A DNA stretch of 64,000 bases from an uncultured Methanoregulaceae archaeon (lineage in GTDB: Archaea > Halobacteriota > Methanomicrobia > Methanomicrobiales > Methanospirillaceae). This document shows, in pieces, positions 1 through 13,400 of the stretch. The notes under the pieces were generated by a model. That model saw only the letters and a program-made list of their open reading frames with translations. It was not told the DNA's origin and did not search any database. The number at the start of each line of letters is the position of its first letter. The first letter of the stretch is position 1. The stretch is taken from contig OY970061.1 of the NCBI GenBank assembly GCA_963705255.1, positions 672,001-736,000 on the forward strand, read 5' to 3'. The position numbers and the translations under genes were made by a program.

Positions 1-1363
1 TGTAACGGTGCTGGTGTACGATCTCGGGGGCGGGACATTTGACGTCTCCATCCTGACCCTTGGCGATGGCGTTTTTGAGGTCAAGTCAACGGCAGGAAAC
101 AACCATCTCGGCGGTGACGACTTCGATAAAAGGATAACCGACTACCTTATTGAGGAGTTCCGGAAGAAAGAAGGTGTCGATCTGAAGAATGACCCCTATG
201 CCATGCAGCGCCTCCGGGATGCTTCGGAAAATGCCAAGATCGAGCTCTCGCAGCGACAGTCGACCAACGTCAACCTGCCGTACATCACTACTGATGCCAG
301 CGGCCCGAAGTTCCTCAACATCGACCTCACCCGGGCAAAACTCGAGCAGCTCATCGGCGATCTCGTCGAATCCACGGTCGGACCGGTGCAGCAGGCGCTC
401 AGCGACGCAAAACTAGAACCCAAGGACATCGACCATGTCCTCCTTGTCGGGGGGTCGACGCGGGTACCGCTCGTGCAGGATACCGTAAAGAAGCTCCTCG
501 GCAAAGAACCGGACAAGGGTCTCAACCCCGACGAGTGTGTTGCACTCGGTGCCGGTATCCAGGGAGCGGTCCTGACCGGGGAGACCAAGGATATCGTCCT
601 CCTGGACGTTACGCCCCTCACGCTCGGTATCGAGACCCTCGGGGGTATTGCAACAAAACTGATCGAACGCAATACCACGATCCCGACGCGTAAAAGCCAG
701 ATATTCTCGACCGCCGCTGACGGCCAGACAAGCGTCGAGATCCACGTGGTGCAGGGCGAACGTGCACTTGCGAAAGACAACTTCACGCTGGGGAAATTCC
801 AGCTGACCGGCATCCCTCCTGCCCCCCGCGGCATACCCCAGATCGAGGTCACGTTCGATATCGACTCAAACGGTATCATCCACGTCTCGGCAAAAGATCT
901 GGGCAGCGGCAACCAGCAGGCAATATCGATCAAGGGTGACAAGAAGCTGTCCGAAGAAGACATCAAGAAGATGATGGATGCCGCAAAGCAGTTTGAGGCG
1001 GATGACAAGCAGAAGCGCGAAGAGATCGAGCTGCGCAACCAGGCGGACACCGCGGTTTTCACAGCCGAGAAGATGCTGAAAGAGAGCGGTGAAAAACTCG
1101 AACCCGCCGACAAGCAGAAAGTCGAGGAAGCCGTCGCCGGAGTCAAAAAGGCGCTCGAGGACAACAATCTTGACGGGATAAAAAAATCGATGGAGGCCCT
1201 CACCGAAGCAGTATATATGGTGACGACCAAGATATACCAGAAAGTGCAGGCAGAACAGGCCGCACAGCAGCAGGGCGGTACCGGTGCTGAAGCAGCACCG
1301 GAGAAAGATAAAGACGGCGATGACAACGTTGTCAATGCCGATTATAAGGTAAAAGAAGAGTGA
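1..1363 (+). CDS. dnaK: Molecular chaperone DnaK (Hsp70), 5'-truncated by window edge
   Basis: Hsp70 motifs [52 protein letters not shown]. Confidence 0.98.
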   Translation, partial: VTVLVYDLGGGTFDVSILTLGDGVFEVKSTAGNNHLGGDDFDKRITDYLIEEFRKKEGVDLKNDPYAMQRLRDASENAKIELSQRQSTNVNLPYITTDASGPKFLNIDLTRAKLEQLIGDLVESTVGPVQQALSDAKLEPKDIDHVLLVGGSTRVPLVQDTVKKLLGKEPDKGLNPDECVALGAGIQGAVLTGETKDIVLLDVTPLTLGIETLGGIATKLIERNTTIPTRKSQIFSTAADGQTSVEIHVVQGERALAKDNFTLGKFQLTGIPPAPRGIPQIEVTFDIDSNGIIHVSAKDLGSGNQQAISIKGDKKLSEEDIKKMMDAAKQFEADDKQKREEIELRNQADTAVFTAEKMLKESGEKLEPADKQKVEEAVAGVKKALEDNNLDGIKKSMEALTEAVYMVTTKIYQKVQAEQAAQQQGGTGAEAAPEKDKDGDDNVVNADYKVKEE

Positions 1364-1370
1364 GCCATCA

Positions 1371-2504
1371 ATGGGTGCGGGAAACTACTATGACATCCTC
1401 GGCGTAGCCCGGAATGCCGATGAGAAGGAGATCAAGAAAGCATACCGCAACCTCGCCAGAAAATATCATCCGGATATCTGCAAGGAGCCGGGAGCAGAAG
1501 AGAAGTTCAAGGAGATCAACGAAGCCTACAGCGTCCTTTCCGATGAGCAGAAAAAGGCCCAGTATGACAACATGGGCCACGAGACATATACCAATGCATC
1601 GAAAGGATCGTACACGGGCGGCGGAGGATTCAGCGGCGGAGGCGGGTTCTCTGCCGACTTCTCCGGTTTCGGGGACATCTTCGACTTCTTTGGCGGGGGG
1701 CAGCGGCGGTCGGGGCCGCAGCCCGGGTCAGACCTTCTCATGCGCATCCAGATCCGGCTTGAGGATGCCGTATCGGGGATTGATCGCGACATTGAGGTGA
1801 TGCATACCGAACCCTGTCCTGCCTGCAGCGGGTCCGGGAGCGAGACAAAACGCCTCAATACCTGCCCGCGCTGCGGAGGGACCGGACAGATGCGACAGGT
1901 ATCGCACTCGTCATTTGGCCAGTTCGTCCATATGACTCCCTGTGTCCAGTGCGGGGGGAAGGGCAAAATTCCCGAGAAGACGTGCAGGGAATGCCACGGG
2001 TCTGGCCATACCCGCGTGAAGCGGAAGGTCTCGGTTCACATCCCGGCAGGTATCGACAGCGGTATGCGGCTCCGCATGGAAGGATACGGTGAGGCAGGCG
2101 ATTACGGGGCTGCCAACGGCGACCTGTTCATTGAAGTGCATGTCCAGCCCCACAACCGCTTCTCCCGCAGCGGCGACAATCTCGAGACCCTGATCGAGAT
2201 CAGCCCGGCTCAGGCCGTACCTGGTACATCGGTTGACCTGGAAACGATCGACAACCGGCACATCGACCTGAAGGTGCCGGCCGGTATCCAGTTCAATACG
2301 GCACTGAAGATCGCCGGTGAAGGGGTGAAACGCCGGGGGAAGCACGGGGACCTTCTCGTCCGCGTCCGGATCATCACCCCGAAACCGGTCAGTGGTGAGC
2401 AGAAGGAGCTCTACCAGAAACTTGTTGAACTGGAAGGCAGCAGTTCCGGTTCCGGCGGGTTCTTCTCCGGCATCATGGGCGGGAAGAAGAAAGGGAAGAA
2501 ATAA
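1371..2504 (+). CDS. dnaJ: Chaperone DnaJ
   Basis: J-domain HPD, G/F-rich linker, four CxxCxGxG motifs; directly follows dnaK. Confidence 0.98.
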   Translation: MGAGNYYDILGVARNADEKEIKKAYRNLARKYHPDICKEPGAEEKFKEINEAYSVLSDEQKKAQYDNMGHETYTNASKGSYTGGGGFSGGGGFSADFSGFGDIFDFFGGGQRRSGPQPGSDLLMRIQIRLEDAVSGIDRDIEVMHTEPCPACSGSGSETKRLNTCPRCGGTGQMRQVSHSSFGQFVHMTPCVQCGGKGKIPEKTCRECHGSGHTRVKRKVSVHIPAGIDSGMRLRMEGYGEAGDYGAANGDLFIEVHVQPHNRFSRSGDNLETLIEISPAQAVPGTSVDLETIDNRHIDLKVPAGIQFNTALKIAGEGVKRRGKHGDLLVRVRIITPKPVSGEQKELYQKLVELEGSSSGSGGFFSGIMGGKKKGKK

Positions 2505-2570
2505 ATTTTTTCACCGGTATGCGGAATCTTCTGCGCAGGTATTTGAGGATTTACCTCAAATGAACTGGGG

Positions 2571-3551
2571 ATGAAGCTGCTCTTCGAGCTGTCCGGAGAA
2601 AACCCGACCCTGCCATTTGCCGAGCTGGAATGTATCGGAACGATCCTTGACCAGCGGTTGCAGGTTGCGGTTGCGGACTGCCCGGCCCCGGAGACCGCCC
2701 GCCGGCTAGCCATGACCCATGCAGTGCTGGAATATCTTGGCGAATGTGAACCTGATCCTGCTGCTTTCAGAAACCTGCTCGGTGAGCTTGCTATCGTGAC
2801 GGAGAAGCCTTTTGCCGGGCGGGTAAAAAAAGTCCATGGCAGCAGCAACGAGCCCCATCCCTCTTCCCAGAGAGAATTTGAAGAGATCATCGGCACTATG
2901 ATTTCAGGCCCGGTCTCGCTGAGCAACCCCGAAGTCGTTTACCGGGCAATACTATCCGGAGACCGATGTTATTTTGGCAGGGTGCTCTTCACCACCGGCC
3001 GCGGCGCTTATGACACGAGGAACCCGGGAAGACGGAATTTTTTCCATCCCGGCGTGATGATGCCGAGGATGGCCCGCACCTTGGTCAACATCGCCTGTGC
3101 TCACGCAGGTGACGTTCTTCTCGATCCATTCTGTGGTACCGGCGGGATCCTCATCGAGGGCGGCATACTCGGGATGAACGCAATTGGCAGCGATTTTGAC
3201 CCGGTGATGATACTCGGGAGCAGGCGGAATGTTGATACTGCTGCTCTCATGCTTGCGGATGCAGCCAGCCTGCCGTTCAGGGACCATTCCGTTGATGCCC
3301 TAGTCACCGATTTTCCCTACGGCCAATCGGTCTGTATCAGGAAGAGCGATTCCATGGACCGGCTCTATGCCGATGCCCTCGATGAGATCCAGCGTGTGCT
3401 GAAAAAAAAGCGACGGGCGGTTGTCGTCACGCACCGGGATATTTCCGCCATTGCATCCGGCAGGATGACTGTACTGCAGCAGCATGACCAGCGGGTTCAC
3501 AAGAGCCTGACCCGGCGTATCCTGGTACTGGGCCATGCAGATTCCCCATGA
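2571..3551 (+). CDS. tRNA (guanine-N2) methyltransferase, Trm11/TrmG10 type (THUMP + MTase)
   Basis: N-terminal FELSGE, FFHPGVMMPRMAR, LLDPFCGTGG SAM motif, TDFPYG. Confidence 0.85.
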   Translation: MKLLFELSGENPTLPFAELECIGTILDQRLQVAVADCPAPETARRLAMTHAVLEYLGECEPDPAAFRNLLGELAIVTEKPFAGRVKKVHGSSNEPHPSSQREFEEIIGTMISGPVSLSNPEVVYRAILSGDRCYFGRVLFTTGRGAYDTRNPGRRNFFHPGVMMPRMARTLVNIACAHAGDVLLDPFCGTGGILIEGGILGMNAIGSDFDPVMILGSRRNVDTAALMLADAASLPFRDHSVDALVTDFPYGQSVCIRKSDSMDRLYADALDEIQRVLKKKRRAVVVTHRDISAIASGRMTVLQQHDQRVHKSLTRRILVLGHADSP

Positions 3552-3661
3552 TCATCCCCTGAACAGTTTAGCGGGATATACAAAAACCGATCCTGCCTTC
3601 CAGCATTCCTTTTTTGAAGAATTCTTTATGAGGATTTCACACCACATATGATCCGGTAACT

Positions 3662-4382
3662 ATGGATCCACATCGGTTGGCAGGGACTTCGATACTGGCA
3701 GTTTTTCTTCTTCACGCGTTCTGTATGCCGGTCTCGGCATATTCCAGTGACGCATCAGCATGGTTCACGCAGGGAAATACGTTGTTGCAGTCTGGAAATT
3801 ATTCGGCGGCCGTTTCGGCGTACGATCATGCGATCTCCCTTGAACCCGGGTATTATGAGGCGTGGAATGCAAAGGCAGATGCATTAAACCGCGCTGCTTA
3901 TTCTGATGACAGCTTTAACCAGACGGTTCTCACCGGCGCACTTGCTGCATCGAACACAAGCCTCAGTATCGATCCGGTGTACACCCAGGGCTGGATTAAC
4001 CGTGGCCAGATCCTGTATAATATCGGGCTGTTCTATGAAAACCAGGTCCATGATATCAATACCTCAGATGGATACTATAACGACGAACTCCTTGCGTATA
4101 ACAGAGCGATCGAGATCGATCCGAACAATGCAGAGGCATGGTTTAATAAAGGATTTGCCCTGGGGGGTATGGAGAGGTATGACGAGGCAATTGCAGCATT
4201 CGATAAAGTCCAGAGCATTAATCCGGAATATCCCCGTATCGCATATTATCGGTACTATGGCAGAACAGCTCCGTGATGCGGCAACACCGTTCTATATCAG
4301 ATATGCATTCGCCATCATTGCGGTCATCGTTGTTGCTGGCGGTGCCGTGCTATGGTTTGTTGCAGTGAGAGAGAAGTCCTGA
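3662..4382 (+). CDS. Secreted, C-terminally membrane-anchored TPR protein; split by a one-base frameshift near 4255
   Basis: Signal peptide and TPR repeats in ORF 3662-4276; TM helix plus charged tail continues in another frame to 4382. Confidence 0.75.
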
Positions 4383-4493
4383 TACTGCCATTCTTTTACC
4401 CGGATTTCCGGGCCTTCAGGCTGTGCAGATCTCTTCGGACGTGTATACTCCGGCTCCGGTGAGAAAAAGACAGGGGGTTCTTACAGCCTTCCA

Positions 4494-7400
4494 TCAGCGG
4501 GCCCGTTCATAGCAGATCTTGGCTTCATCGTGTTTCCCGATCCTGTCGAGGATATCGCCGACATCGTTCCAGATCTCCTTGCGCCCGGGCTCGATCTCGA
4601 GCGCCCGCTTGAATGCGCTCAGGGACTCCTGGTACCTCCCGAGTTCCTGCAGGGCGCGTCCTTTGTGGATCCATGCGTCGACAAATTCCGGCTGGAGGTT
4701 GATCATGGCGTCGAACGCTTCAACCGCATCTGCGCAGCGTCCTGATGCGACAAGAGCACTCCCCTTGGTGAAGTATGCAATCGAGAACGACGGGTCTATG
4801 GACAGGGCGCGGTCGTAGGACCCGATTGCTGCCTCATAGTTCTGCTGCGAAGAGAGCACCATCCCGTGCCGTGTCCAGGCGATGGCATTTTCCGGGTCCA
4901 GTACCAGGCCACGGTCATATGCTGACTGCGCCTCCCGGTACTTGCCAAGGTCGTAGAACGCATTCCCTTTCCCGATCCATGCCTCGGCAAGATTCTCGTC
5001 CTGGTCGAGGGCCTTGTCGAATGCTTCTATTGCGTCCCGGTACATCCCCAGTTCCGCGAGGGACACTCCCTTGTGCGCAAATACCCCGGGCCGGTGATCG
5101 ATCTCAAGCGCATGATCATACGACTGGATCGCCTCCCGGTACTGTTCAAGGGCTGCATAGGCGAGTCCGCGGTATTCAAAGACAACTGACCGCTGCGGCA
5201 GGATCTCAAGGGCATGGTTGTATGCCGTGATTGCCGCATCGTGACTGCCCTGTTCGGACAACACCCTGCCCTTCGCAAAAAATGCCTGCCAGCAGGACGG
5301 GTTGATGTCAACGGCCCGGTCGAACGCCGCGATGGCTGCAACAGGGTTGTCAAGCGCAGCTGAGAGCCCTCCCTTTTTCGTAAATCGCGCCTGCAAACCC
5401 GGGATTGAGAGACAGGGCCTGGTCAAAGGAGGCGATGGCGTCCTTGTGGCGGCCCGTGCTGACCAGCGCACGTCCCCGTTCATACAGCGCTTCAGCATAT
5501 TCCGGCTGGATACCAAGCGCCGCATTGAACGAGGTGATGGCCTCGGGGTACCTGCCAAGGCGTGCGAGGGCAACTCCCTTCTTCTCGTAGGCTTCCGCGT
5601 ACCGGTTATTGATGAGAAGCGCACGGTCGAGTGCTTCAATGGCGGCATCAAACTGCTCGCGCCGGAGCAGTGCGAGGCCCTTGTAATAGAATGCCTCGGG
5701 GTACTCGGGCTGGAGAGCGATCGCTTTTTCAAACGAATCGATCGCTTCCTGGTAACGGGTGACCTGAATGAGGGCGATCCCCCGGAACAGGTACGGCGCT
5801 GGAGCTGATGCGTTGATGCCGAGGGCATGGTCATAATCTTCAAGCGCCTGTTCGTACAGCCCGAGACTGGCCCGGGAGATCCCCCGGTAGAGGTAAGCAT
5901 CCGGATATCCCTCTCTCAGGGACAAAGCCCGGTCATACGCCACGACGGCCTCGTTGTTCATAGAGAGCATGGCCAGAGCCCTGCCCTTCTGGAACAAGGC
6001 CTCTGCACAGTCGGGGCGCTGGGCGAGCAGCGTCTCGAGACTTTTGATTGCTTCATGGTATTTTCCCAGCCTGAGGAATGAGACCCCGAGGAAATAGCTG
6101 GCGCGTACATCCCTGGGATCGATTCCAAGAGCCTTCTGGAAGAAGGTGACGGCGTCCTGGTCCCGCCCCAGTGAAGAGAGTGCAATCCCTTTTCCTGTCC
6201 AGATATGCCCGGAATTGGGACGTATCTTGAGGGCCTGGTCAAAAACGGCCATTGCTTCGTCAAACCGCTCGAGCCTGGTAAGAGCTGCGCCTTTGTTATA
6301 CAAGGCTTCCACAAATTTAGGCTGGATCGCAAGGGCATTGTCATACGAGATGACTGCTTCCTTATACATGTTCAGTTCAAAGAGTGCCCGCCCTTTGTCA
6401 TAGTAGGCTGATACGTAATCCGGGCGGATCCCGAGGGCCCTGTTGAACGCTTCGATGGCATCCTCAAACCCGGACAGGGAGAAGAGCGCATTTCCTTTGA
6501 GATACCATGCCTCTGCATTTGCGGGGTCGATCTCGAGCGTCCTGGCATAGGACTCGATCGCATCATGGTATTTTCCGATCTCCGCAAGGACGCTGCCCCG
6601 GTGCAGCCAGGCATCAACGGAACCGGGATTGGACCGGATCACCGCATCAAAGGCCTCGATGGCATCCGTATGCCGTCCTGTAGCCGACAGGGAAAGTCCT
6701 TTGTGATACGACGCCTGCCAGTTACCGGCATCCAGGTCAAGATTCTTGTTGAAAGCGACAACTGCTTCGTCATCCCGGCCGAGGCTTGCAAGGGCAAGAC
6801 CCTTATGGTAATAGACATCGGCGTAGTTTCTCTCGATACTCAGGGCTTTGTCAAAGGTCTTGACTGCTTCGCGGTACATGCCGAGCGAATTGAGCACACG
6901 GCCCTTGTCAAAGAATGCCTCGGTGCAGGAAGGGTCGATCTCCAGCGCCCGGTCAAAGACTTTCACCGCGTCTTCGAACTTCTCCATCCCTGCAAGGGCC
7001 ACCCCTTTTGCGTGAAGGGAAGGTACATGCAGCGGCTGAAGTGCCAGTGCCTGGTTGTAGGCATCGACGGCTTCCGCGGGCCGTTCAAGCGCATCGTACG
7101 ATCGGGCACGGGAATAGAGGGCATCGAAATACCCGGGCCTGATCTCCACCGCATGATCGAAGGCGGCAACCCCCTCTTCATAACGGTTGAGACCGGCAAG
7201 GGCAACACCCAGCTCATACCAGACTTCTTCATTCTCCGGCGTCAGGGTGAGGAGGTTCCGGAAGGATCCGACGGCCTCTTCATATCTGCCAAGAGCCGCG
7301 AGCGCTGCAGCAGTATGATACATGGCATCGTGGTTGCCCGGATCGATCTCCTGGGCGGTAGTCAGTGTCTCAATCGCCTCACCGAATTTCTTCTGATGGA

Positions 7401-10400
7401 ACAAGGCCAGTCCTTTCTCGTACCATGCTGCAGCGTGACGGGGGGAAAGTCCGATGACCCGGTCGAAGGATCCGGTTGCGTCTTCGTACCTGCCTTGTGC
7501 ACAGAGCACCCGCCCCCGTTCAAGGAAAGCATCCGGGTTATCGGGCTGCATGGCGAGGACGCGGTCGAATGCGGATAGTGCACCTTCCGGATTACCGGTC
7601 TGCGCCAGAGCACGTCCTCTTTCGTACCAGATATCCGGGTTTTCCGGGCTGAACGTAAGAGCTGCATCAAAGGCGGCACCGGCGTCGGCATACCTGCCGA
7701 GGTTCATAAGGGAGAGCCCGCGGTAATACAGCGGTTCATACCGGTCCTGCAGGGCGATTGCCGATTCCCCGAGGGCCTCCTCGGCCTCTTCGAGGCGCCC
7801 GAGGTGGGTAAGGGCCATGCCTTTCTCGAACAGGACTTCACCGTCGCCCGGGTCTTTCCCGAGAGCGATATCGAGGATCAGTATAGCGTCTTCAAACCGG
7901 TTGAGCCTGCCCAGGGCTCTTCCCTCGGAAAGGATGATCTCATTATTGTGCGGGTCTGCTTTCCGGGCCTTGCCAAAGGCTTCAGCAGCGTCCTCATCCT
8001 TTCCGAGATGTTCGGATGCCACGCCGCGGTGGAACCATGCAGCAGAGTTGTCCGGAACACGGGAAAGGATGCCGTCAAACGCGGGCACGGATTCCTCATA
8101 CCGCCCGAGCTCTTCAAGGCAGATACCCCTGTTGTAGTAACCGTCAGCAAATTCAGGATCGATGGCAAGCGAACGGTCAAACGAAGCGAGTGCCTCTTCA
8201 TGCCTCCCGAGTGCCGCATATGCCAGACCCTGTGCGAAATGGCTGTCCCGCTGCCCGCCATCCACTGCAATCGCCCGGGAAAACCCGGCGACAGCCTCGG
8301 GATAATTCCCCTGTTCAGAGAGTACCCGCCCTTTCTGGTACAGGGCATCATAGGATTGGGGGTTGACTGCGATCGCCTGATCAAAAGCGGTGACCGCTTC
8401 GGCAAAATTTTTCAGGCTGGCATAGGAAAGCCCCAGGTAATACCAGGCATCAAATAACCCCGCGTCCAGGTCAAGTGCCTGGACAAAGATGCCGGCTGCA
8501 TCTTCAAACCGCTTCTGCATGAAGAGTGCGAGCCCCTTCTGGTAGAGGGCAGGCACGTCCGATGCATCGATCGAGAGTGCCATATCGAACGCGGCAACGG
8601 CGTCTTTGTGCTTTGAAAGCCGTCCGAGGGCGAGGCCCTTGTCATAAAAAGCCGGCGCAAAATGCGGGTCAATAGCGGTCACATTCTCAAATGCCTGGAT
8701 GGCTTCCTGGTCCCTGCCGAGGCGGGCAAGTACGACACCCTTGTCGTACCAGGCATGGGTATATTTGCGGTTGATGGCAATCGCCCGGTCATAGGATGCG
8801 ACCGCCTCATCGTAACGGCCAAGTTCCGTGAGCGCAATGGCCCGGTCATACCAGCCATTGGCATTCTGGGGCTTGAGATCGAGGGCTTTTACCAGTGAGT
8901 CGAGCGCTGGCCCGAACTGGCCAAGGGAGAGAAGGGCACTTCCTTTATTGAGCCATGCACCCGCGCAGCGCCCGTCACCGGAAAGGACCTGATCAAAGCA
9001 GGATATGGCATCGCTGTACCTGGCAAGGTCAAGATATGATCTGCCTTTCCGGTACCACGCTGTTGGGTTGTCCGGTGAAAGCGCGATTGCCCGGTCGAAA
9101 TCCCCGAGAGACGTTTCGAACCTCCCGAGTTCGTACAGCACCGTTCCCTTGAGTACCCAGACGTCAGCGAGGTTATTCTCGCTGTTCAGCGATGCCTCCA
9201 GTGCGCCGAGAGCTTCGTCGAACCTGAGGAGTTTTGCAAGCGCCCGTCCTTTCTGGTACAGGACCGCGGCATTATCCGGTGTCAGTTCCAGTATCTTGTC
9301 AAATGCCCTCACGGCATTCTCATACTTTCCGAGGGCGGAATAAGCAAGGCCTGTCTGGAAGACCGCATCGATGATTGAGGGGTCATGGGTTAGGGCCTGT
9401 TTGTAGGACCGGATTGCTTTTTCATATTTCCCCTGTTCCTGCAGTGCCAGTCCCTTGTGGAAATGGGCCTGGGCATGTTCCGGCAGGCATTCAAGCGTAT
9501 AGTCGAACGATGCAATGGCCTCGGGATATTTCCTGAGACGGAAGAGTGCGGTCCCTTTTAAAAAGGCGGCATCATAGAGGGTGGAATCCGCAGCGAGTGC
9601 GATGTCGCTCGCGATCACGGCGTCCTGGTCATTACCAAGTTCATACAACGCTTCTGCTTTTCCAAACGACGCTACGGCATTCCGGGGGCTGATACCTGCC
9701 GATTTATCGAACGCGGCAACAGCGTCGGAAAATTTGCCGAGCCGGGAGAGAGCTTCCCCTTTCTCCAGCCAGACCGACGCGTCATCAGGCCGGAGATCGA
9801 GTGAGGAATTGAATGATTCCAGCGCTTCCTCGTGCCGCCCCAGTTCCGTGAGGACGTGTCCCCGGTGATAATAAAGCCCTGCGATTCCCGGACCCAGGGT
9901 GAGCGCATGGTCAAAAGCGGATACCGCCTCGTCATTCCGGTTAAGAATGGCGTAGGTGAGCCCTTTGCGGTACGCTGCGTCCTGAAAGCCCGGGTCAAGT
10001 TCCAGGGCCCGGTCAAATGCGGGAAGTGCATCATCATACTTCCTGAGCGTGCTCAGCTCGCAGGCTTTGTTGTACCAGGCAGGGGCACAGGTACCATCGA
10101 GATTTATGGCAGTCTCGAACGAGGACAGGGCGTCCTGGTGAAGTTCCTGCCGGGAAAGCCCTATCCCCTTGTAGTACCATCCGGAAGCGTTCTTCCCGTC
10201 GGCCCTGATGAGTTTGTCGAAAGCAGAGACGGCATCTGCCCACATCTCAAGACGGATATATGCTTTTCCACGGAAGGTGAGGGCAAACGGGTTCCGGGGT
10301 TTGCGTTTTAAGGATTTGCCGAGAGACTCGACTGCCTCCTTGTACCGGTTCAGCCGGTAGAGCGAATACCCTTTGCAGGCGAGGAGATCGGGACTGGAAT

Positions 10401-13400
10401 TGTCCTCCTCGAGAGCACGATCAAGAGCGATGACCGCATCCTCATACCGGGACAGTCTTGCAAGCGCCATTCCCCGCCCGCGGTGCGCCCGTCCATTTTC
10501 CGGGCCCAGCACGAGGGAACTGTCGAATGCAGTGACCGCGTCATGGTACCGCCCGGCCCGGAAGAGCGCTTCGCCTTTCGCGAGCAGGGCTCTGAGGTCC
10601 TGCGGATCCCTTGCCAGCGCCGTATCGAGGGACGAGATCGCCTCTTCAAACCGGGCAAGGGCAGAGAGCGTGTACCCCTTTTCCGCGTACACACGACCTG
10701 AATCGAGGCCCAGTGCGATACACCGGTTGAAGGTCTCAAGGGCATCTTCCGGTCTGCCGAGCCGGGTGAGGGCAAGACCTTTTTCATAGAGGGTCTCTGC
10801 CGTATCCGGCCTGACTGAGAGGTACCCGTCAAAAGCGGCGACTGCACTCTCATATTTTTCCAGCGCGAACAGTGCCCTGCCTTTCGCCAGCCATGCCTCG
10901 GCATTTGCAGGATTGATCTCCAGTGCCCGGGTGAAGACCTCGACCGCGTCCTCATGCAGGTGCAGGAGTACCTGGGCAAACCCTTTGTAGGAATATGCCC
11001 GTTCGCAGTCCGGGGCTATGCGGTTGACCCGGGAGTATGCCGGGATCGCTTCCTTATACTGGCCGAGGTGGTCATATGCCCGTGCCAGTCCGTAAAGGGA
11101 GGGGATGTCCTTGGGGTGGGACGCAAGCACCCGTCCGAAAGCCTCCACTGCTTCCCGGTACCTGCCAAGTGCTGAAAGGGCCCTGCCATTCTCCCGGGAC
11201 GCGTCGGTGAAATCCGGCATCAGGCGGGTTGCTTCCTCGAATACACCGGCAGATTCTGCATATCTTTTAAGGTGGAAGAGCGCAATCCCCTTGTAGTAAA
11301 AAGCCTCGCCGAACTCGGGTGCAATTTTCAGGGCCTGGTCAAATGCAGATATTGCCTCTTCGTCGTTTCCGAGGCTGATCTGGGCGCGCCCCTGGTAAAA
11401 CCAGGTATGGGGATTGGCGGCATCCAGTTCCAGGGCGCTGGCGTATGACCTGACGGCTTCCTGGAACCGCTCGACGGCAAAAAGGCAGAACCCCCGGATA
11501 AGCCACGCATTGGCGATCTTCGGGTTTGAGTCGAGGGTCCTTGTCAGGATCTCGATGGCCTCGCTGAACCTCCCCAGTTCGGCAAAGGCAAGCCCCTGGT
11601 GATAGAGGGAGTCCTTGTTCCCGGGGTCGATCTCGTACGCCCGGGTGAAGGCAGCCGCAGCTTCGTTCTGCCGCCCGAGAGAGGCCAGCGCGAGCCCTTT
11701 CTGGTAGAGGGAATCCGCCTTCCGGGGTTCGAGTTTGGACGCGGTATCGAACGCGGCGATGGCCTGCTCATACTTCTCCATGCGCGACAGCGCAAGCCCT
11801 TTCTGGTGAAAAACCGCAGCATCTTCCGGAGAGATCTCGAGGGCAATATTATACGACAGGACCGCTTCCTCCAGCATCCCTGTCTCAGCAAGCGCTATCC
11901 CCTTGTGGAAGAAGGCCGGGGCAGAATTCGGGATGATTTCGAGCACCCGGTCAAACGATCCGATGGCATCGGGGTAGCGCTCCAGCCGGATCAGTGCAAC
12001 CCCGCGATCGTAGTACGCCTTTGCCATTGCCGGATCAAGTTCGATCGCCCGGTCAAATGCAGCCAGCGCCTCGGAGAAACGTTCCAGGTCTGCAAGGACG
12101 ACGCCCTTGCTGTACCATCCTTCCGCGTAATCCGGTTTTATGCCGACAGCAGTCTCGCTTGAAGCCAGCGATTCCTCGTACCGCCCGAGATCGCGCAGTG
12201 CACGGGACTTGCAGAACGCCGCTTCGGCGTTTCCGGTATCTGATTCCAGAACCTGGTCAAATGCATAGACCGAGTCCTGGTACAGGCCCAGCGAATACAA
12301 CACCAGTCCCCGCTGGTAATGGGCAGGGGTATATTTCGGGGAGAGAGCCAGGCAACGGTCAAACGATGCAACAGCCTCCTCCTGCCGCTCCAGTTTCACG
12401 AGCGTGAGGCCCAGGTAATAATGTGCCATCGCACGCCCGGGATCGCCGTTTACGACGAACCCGAACGCAGCTGCAGCATCGTCGAACTGCCGGAGGCTGA
12501 AAAGGGCGAGGCCCTTGGAGAAATGTGCGTCCAGGGAATTTGTATCGACCTCCAAAGCCTGGTTATAGGACTCCAGCGCTCCGGAAAAATCCTGCAGTTC
12601 CGCAAGTGACCGGGCCTTGTAATAATATGCGTGGAAATTTCCCGGGTTCTCGGCGATGGTCCGGTCGAAATCGGAGATTGCGTCGCGGAACCTCCCCAGG
12701 TTGAAGAACGCGATGCCCTTCCGGAGGCGGGCATCCGTGTATTTCGGCTTCAGCTGCAGGGTCTTGTCAAAGGCAAAGACCGCATCGCTGTGCCGTTCGA
12801 GGGCCGCATACGACTTGCCCTTATGGTAAAAGGCAAGGGCATTCTCGGGATCATAGATGAGTGCCTTATCGAATGCCCCGAGAGCTTCTTCATGGCGCCC
12901 GAGTTTCTCGAGCGCTATCCCGCGGTTAAAATACCCCGGGGCATTGCTGGTGTCTTTGGCCAGGTTCGTGTCGAACGCACGGATTGCATCATCGTATTTC
13001 CCGATCTTCAGGAGTGCAAGGCCAAGGGAATAACTGGCTTCTGTGTACGAAGATTCAATCTCAAGCGCACGGTTCAGCGCACCTACTGCCTCGGTGTATT
13101 TGCCGCTGTCGATCAGGGATTTTCCCTTGAAATACCACGCAGGCGCAAACGCGGGCAGGATTGCAATGGTCTTGTCAAAGGAGAGGATGGCGTCGCGGTG
13201 GTCGCCGAGCCGTGCAAGGGCAAGGCCTTTATGGTACTGTGCTTCCCCGTTTGCGGGATCGATCTCGAGCAGGATCTCAAATACGTGGATTGCCCCTTCC
13301 GTGCGGTTGACTTTTTCGAGAGCCAGTCCCTTGTAATAAAAGGCCTCGATACTCCGCTGGTTTAAGGATATAGCGTTGTCGAATGCTTCTATTGCGTCCT

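Noticed and set aside
5350-5365. Selenocysteine read-through or programmed frameshift in the giant TPR gene
   Set aside because: The continuation is in a different frame, no slippery site is evident, and similar indels occur throughout the window.
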